Program-made: the position numbers and the translations under genes | The notes under the pieces: model-generated | Seen by the model: the letters and a program-made list of their open reading frames with translations, nothing else | Databases searched by the model: none | Told to the model about the DNA's origin: nothing | Part shown: in pieces, positions 51,819 to 56,941 of the stretch | Layout: the number at the start of each line of letters is the position of its first letter | Position numbering within the stretch: position 1 is the stretch's first letter | DNA from: Octopus bimaculoides | Lineage: Eukaryota | Reading direction: 5' to 3' | Assembly (NCBI RefSeq): GCF_001194135.2 | Contig: NC_068987.1 | Span: 28,959,680 to 29,016,620 of the forward strand | Length of the DNA: 56,941 nucleotides

Positions 51819-52122
51819 GAGAGAGAGAGAGAGAGAGAGAGTGAGTGAGATTACAGTTTTGAGGGAAGATCGACGAACAAGTACTCTATCCAGTGAGAGA
51901 TGAATATTATTTAATGTGCATTGTATAACGATACGAGCTACTAGCAATGTCTTACTTTGGTAACACGGAACTAAGCAGGTTTTTATTAAAAAAAAAACCT
52001 GCCTTGACCCGCGTTACCGAAGCAAGAAACTATTAGTTACTCTTATCTTTATATCGTGTATATATATATGAATATGTATAAATATATATAGATGGTGACA
52101 GACAGACAGACGGACAAGCAGG

Positions 52123-52182
<60 letters not shown>

Positions 52183-52183
52183 A

Positions 52184-52224
<41 letters not shown>

Positions 52225-52779
52225 CAGACACATGTCTTCTGTTCTCTTAACATGTAGTAACAGAAGACATAAGATAGCTGAATGAATGTCTTATGTGGAT
52301 TATCTTATAAAAGGAATATGCTGCTGCTAAGAACAAACTAAATCTGGAGGAGCCGATTAGAGTGATTTTATAAGCTCACTCAACATGCTAAAAATAGCCA
52401 CCAAATCATCCAACCTGAAAAGGAAAAAGTTTAAGAAAAATTAAGGATGAGATGGACAGCAGAAGGAATCTTTTACCCGGCATTTACCTCGAGCTGCAAA
52501 AGCCAGAAAGAAAAGAAAACATGCAAACAACAACTAAATCTTGCACAATATATTTAGCATATTGGAAAATTACTGTGATATAGCCACGCATAGTGTTGAA
52601 TATAAAAAGCATGAACAGACAGGCACTTACACAGGGACACATATATGGTGGATGGGCAGTGCATGTGTGCATGACTACTATTGTAAATGCACATATGTAT
52701 GGAAAGGTAGATGTATATTTGTATTATATAGATTTATGCACAAATGATCAATACCCTGACCGGTGGTACACTGCGTTAG

Positions 52780-52850
52780 TAGGAAGAATCTTCATTTAAC
52801 GTTGCTCCAGTCCGTTCAGCTATAAATGAGTAATCCTGCAACGGACTGGC
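52780..52850 (+). mobile_element. SINE family D fragment
   Basis: CTTCATTTAACGTTGCTCCAGTCCGTTCAGCTATAAATGAGT. Confidence 0.55.
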
Positions 52851-53115
52851 GTATTAGGAGAAGGCTGACCATTGGGCTACAACAGTCGTTACAGTGTTAT
52901 GTGTATATGTGTGTGTATCTGTGTATGTGTCTGTATAGTTGAAATTTACAGAAGAACAAAAGGCGAAGACAGGTGTATAAACAACAAAGATGTGTATTAG
53001 TTTGACCCTTGGGAAGGTGAAAAAATCTTTTTACGTTTCGAGCCTATGCTCTCCAACAGGAAGTAACACGATGAAATAAACAGAAACGTAAGGATTTATA
53101 GGTCAATCAGGGTGA

Positions 53116-53187
<72 letters not shown>

Positions 53188-53201
53188 TAGATAGATAGAT
53201 G

Positions 53202-53268
<67 letters not shown>

Positions 53269-53579
53269 TCAAAGTGAATATGGTACTTAAGATTAGGCAA
53301 CAGAATTAAGTATGGTTTTCTCCATACAATTTCAAAATAAGGTGATTAAAATCAAAATAAGCAACAAGGATATCCAAAGTTAATGTAGTACGATCGTTTC
53401 ATGCGAATCCATTTATTTAAGCAATGTGAACATTACATCAAATATAAAATGCAGAGCAATCCTCAGAAGGTTGTAGAAATTTACTGAAATTACATTTTAA
53501 CAGAAAGACATATTTATATAACTACATTTAAACTCTCTCAGTAGAAAGAAGAATAGAAAATTGTTTTTGCCTTAACCAG

Positions 53580-53721
53580 ACCATACAGGCTAGTAAGTAA
53601 TTCTATGCAGATTTTTAACTGTCACTGATTTTAATTGTTTTTTGTTTGTTTCTGATTTAAGGATCATCTTATCAGACCTAGTGATTCAAAGCCTAAGAGG
53701 GCACAATCATTTACTTTGTAG
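53580..53721 (+). CDS. Candidate 13-nt microexon (53580-53592) + terminal coding exon (53662-53721): PYRLDHLIRPSDSKPKRAQSFTL*
   Basis: Acceptor TTGTTTTTGCCTTAACCAG, donor GTAAGT, 69-nt intron, acceptor TTTGTTTGTTTCTGATTTAAG, the spliced frame is open to TAG, and AATAAA occurs at 53895 and 54034. Confidence 0.3.
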
Positions 53722-54304
53722 GGAAAAGGGAAAGTAGTAAACAGTATAGACAGTAAACATAGATGATATAGTTATAAAATTTATTTGGGTTTAGTGACAA
53801 GCTACTATAGGTGGGGAGTTTGTCTACTAGCAGACCAGTTTATAATGAATCACGGAAAGTATGAACATAAGGCAGCAAGGTCAAAAGTATATAAAATAAA
53901 ATTGCTATATTTTGTAAAGATACAGTAAATAGTTATTCATCGATTCCATTAATCAAAATAATGTATCAGTATTGTTTTACATATACTAAGTTTGAAATAC
54001 TTGAGATACCAATATTTGCTTAATTAATATGTGAATAAAAAAAGGTTAATTATAAATTAATAATAAAAAAAGAAATATTGTATAATAATGTAAATAATCA
54101 ATTAATGCAGTATGCAAAGACCATGAAGTGGTATTGATTTGAAATGCTATGGTAAAATACATTCAGACTTATTGACACCAGTGTAAGGAATCATACATAT
54201 GATGTGAGATTCAATTTTTTTTTATATATATTCGACTAAAATTTTAAAATTAGACTTATATGTCTAGTATCATTTAAAGGACACATAGGAGATAAAATTT
54301 ATCG

Positions 54305-54600
54305 TATAAATTTATTATTATTTATTATATTATTATTTATTATATTATATTATTATTATATTACTATTTATTATTATTTATTATATTATATTATTATTAT
54401 ATTACTATTTATTATTATTTATTATATTATATTACTATTATATTACTATTTATTATTATTTATTTTATTATATTACTTTTATATTACTATTTATTATTAT
54501 TTATTATATTATATTACTATCATATTATATTTATTATTATTTATTATATTATATTACTATTATATTACTATTTATTATTATTTATTATATTATATTACTA
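54305..54600. repeat. AT-only minisatellite (units of about 30-40 bp built from TTATTATTATTTATTATATTATATTACTA)
   Basis: Direct inspection. Confidence 0.9.
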
Positions 54601-54602
54601 GG

Positions 54603-55045
54603 GATAAAATCGATATTATTCTGTTAGCTAGAAGAACTATTATTGAATATGATGGAAAAATTTGGACTAGGGCTGACACCCCAGACAACTTCGACATAGC
54701 GATGGGGTCGAGCGACTCGGCTGAAATTACAAATCTAGTAGGTGCGTACCTCTTGTATAGCCTAAATAAGGAAAATCCGGAGCTGCGGGGCGGTTTATAT
54801 ATGATGCTTTATTTCTTCATCTCTAGTAACAATAAATCAATCATTGAAAGAATGAGAAAGAAAATTAGAAACTTAATTAAAAGCTTCAACTTAAGTATTA
54901 CGCATAAATATGGTACTAAGCTAGTAAATCTTTTGGACACTACTCTAAACATAGACTCTAAATTGTACTACCCGTATAGAAAACAGAACGAGGTTATAAG
55001 GTATGTGAATAGATTATCTAATCACCCGCCGAATGTATTAAAATC
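54603..55045 (+). pseudogene. Penelope-like RT fragment of the FDxxMGSxDxAE type; catalytic YRDD motif destroyed
   Basis: In frame: DIILLARRTII..GKIW..DNFDIAMGSSDSAEITNLVGAYLL..GLY(MM)..LLDTTLN....YYPYRK..SNHPPNVLK. Confidence 0.8.
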
Positions 55046-55271
55046 ATGTATGCTACTACTATTTATTTCAATTGTACTTCCAACATCAATAAGATTATAT
55101 TCATTATATTGGTTTAAGTTATTGTTGACGGAGCTAAGGATATTGCTGTTACCTTCATAATTGCAATTGTCATTGTTATTTCCACTTCCATTTCTATAAT
55201 TATTGGTAATGTTATTATTGACATTGATTAAATTATTATTGACATTTCTATAACGCACCCGCCACACACAA

Positions 55272-55303
<32 letters not shown>

Positions 55304-55315
55304 NNNNNNNNNNTT

Positions 55316-55547
55316 ATTTCTTTACTACCCACAAGGGGCTACACACAGAGGGGACAAACAAAGACAGACAAACGGATTAAGTCGATTATATCGACCCCAG
55401 TGCGTAACTGGTACTTATTTAATCGACCCCGAAAGGATGAAAGGCAAAGTCGACCTCGGCGGAATTTGAACTCAGAACGTAGCGGCAGACGAAATACCGC
55501 TAAGCATTTCGCCCGGCGTGCTAACGTCTCTGCCAGCTCGCCGCCTT
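55316..55547 (-). mobile_element. SINE family B, full length, little diverged
   Basis: Complete AAGGCGGCGAGCTGGCAGA..GGGGTCGAT..AGCCCCTTGTGGGTAGTAAAGAAA on the minus strand. Confidence 0.93.
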
Positions 55548-56340
55548 GCGAGTGTGTATGTGTGTGTATGTGTGTGTGTGAAAAGTTTCTGCACAGTTTC
55601 TAGGTACTAAACTCCACTTACGAATTATTTTTCGATGACAGTAAAATTACGTATAGTGCGATCGGAAAGTTATGTTTTAAGTCGTGAAGAGAAATTGCAG
55701 CCAAACAACCTTTCCCGCACCTTTAAATTTCATAAGAACTTTTATGGACTTTTACCAAGTACATAATTCAAACGAAGAATGTAGAGATGAAATCCTATTA
55801 AATTCCTAATCATCTTCCGTCCAGTAAAAGTTTAGGAATCTTGATACGATAAAATTCTGGGTATTTATAATAAACAATAAAGTAGTCACACAATTTTGGT
55901 GCTAAATATTGGGATATAAATCCAAGACAATTTATGTCAACATTATATCCGGAATGCAATCTATATGTTCCTGTAAAAAACCATTAAGTGCTCATAAATA
56001 TATTCTATACATACAGTAAGGCAGTATTACATATGGTAAGAATGAAGCTTTCCAATCATCAAATATAAAACACAAAATCACAAATGAAATATATGAGTGA
56101 GCATGATGAAATCAAACTAAAACATTTTTCAGCAAGTGAATAAAAGTGCTTGGGAAGATAATGGCTGTTGAGAAAATACAAGTAAAGCACAAAATATTTG
56201 TTTGATACGCTACCAAAAATATAGTTATATCTCAGTGCATAAATTAGATACTTCCTCGACGGGCTCAAACTCTTGGATTCATGTTATCAAGAATATGACA
56301 AAATACCATATATACGCAGATAGATAGATAGATAGATATG

Positions 56341-56941
56341 TTTCTTTATTAGGCACACAGGGCTCAACATAGAGGGGACAAAATACAAATGTAGAGTTTT
56401 TCTTTTCGATGGGGACGAAAATAAAGTAAAAAAATAAAATGGGGATGACGATGAAAAGGCATCGAGAAAACGTTTGGGGTATGTACAAAAAAAAAAAAAT
56501 ATTACAAAAATTTCCCAATAAATGGGGAGGTTATCCGTGGAAAGAAAAACCTACGGAAAAGACCACGGTAACCTCGGTCCTTAGTGTAACAATTTGTTAA
56601 ATAAAATTCCTTTTATTTATGCAAGAAACGTGAGTAACTCTCTGTTTACAAAATTTTAAACGTTTTATAGAATCATGGTCAAGGTGGCTTCGTCATTTAT
56701 ACGTGCCATTCTTACTACATGTATCCATCTTTTTTCGAGACATTTGCTAGACAACACTTGCCTCTCTACTCTCACCTTCCTTTTCAAGTGATACTTGAAA
56801 AAGTTGATGAGAGATTGACGAGAGAGGAAAGTATTTGTCTCTAATCCATTCAGACGCGTCCACCAGATGCATTCTTTCGCCATAGCCACAAGTACGATAA
56901 ATACAGCTCTTCCTTCCTGTTTAAAGGAAGGAGGCGTGACG
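56341..56941 (-). mobile_element. 3' end of an L1/Tx1-clade LINE (ORF2 C-terminus 56665-56940 open to the window edge, plus 3' UTR)
   Basis: ..LVAMAKECIWWTRLNGLETNTFLSRQSLINFFKYHLKRKVRVER..; the terminus AATAAAGAAA abuts (TATC)n. Confidence 0.7.

Overview
This is AT-rich eukaryotic genomic DNA made up mostly of transposon remnants and microsatellites, with N-gaps that mostly abut (TA)n arrays. The repeat families suggest an octopus/coleoid cephalopod assembly (inference from my recognition of the repeats, not from a search). No intact protein-coding gene, rRNA, tRNA gene or CRISPR array is visible, and almost all listed ORFs are microsatellite translations or transposon relics. Supported content: four tRNA-headed SINE families in many copies; LINE relics (RTE, R4/Dong-type RLE, Tx1, possibly CR1); DNA transposon relics (Tc1, mariner, hAT, Merlin, possibly piggyBac, MITEs); and several Penelope-like elements (PLEs). 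The most notable signal is a PLE family whose 3' repeat carries a tRNA-like Pol III A/B-box head followed by a minimal type I hammerhead ribozyme. It occurs in both arms of a GIY-YIG-encoding inverted PLE (20351-21561). It also occurs as a solo ~290-bp insertion with a 12-bp target-site duplication whose forward unit starts at the tRNA-like 5' end (2757-3045), which suggests a SINE-like, PLE-mobilised ribozyme RNA. Scattered splice-site-bounded open frames may be exons of a large-intron host gene, but this is weakly supported.
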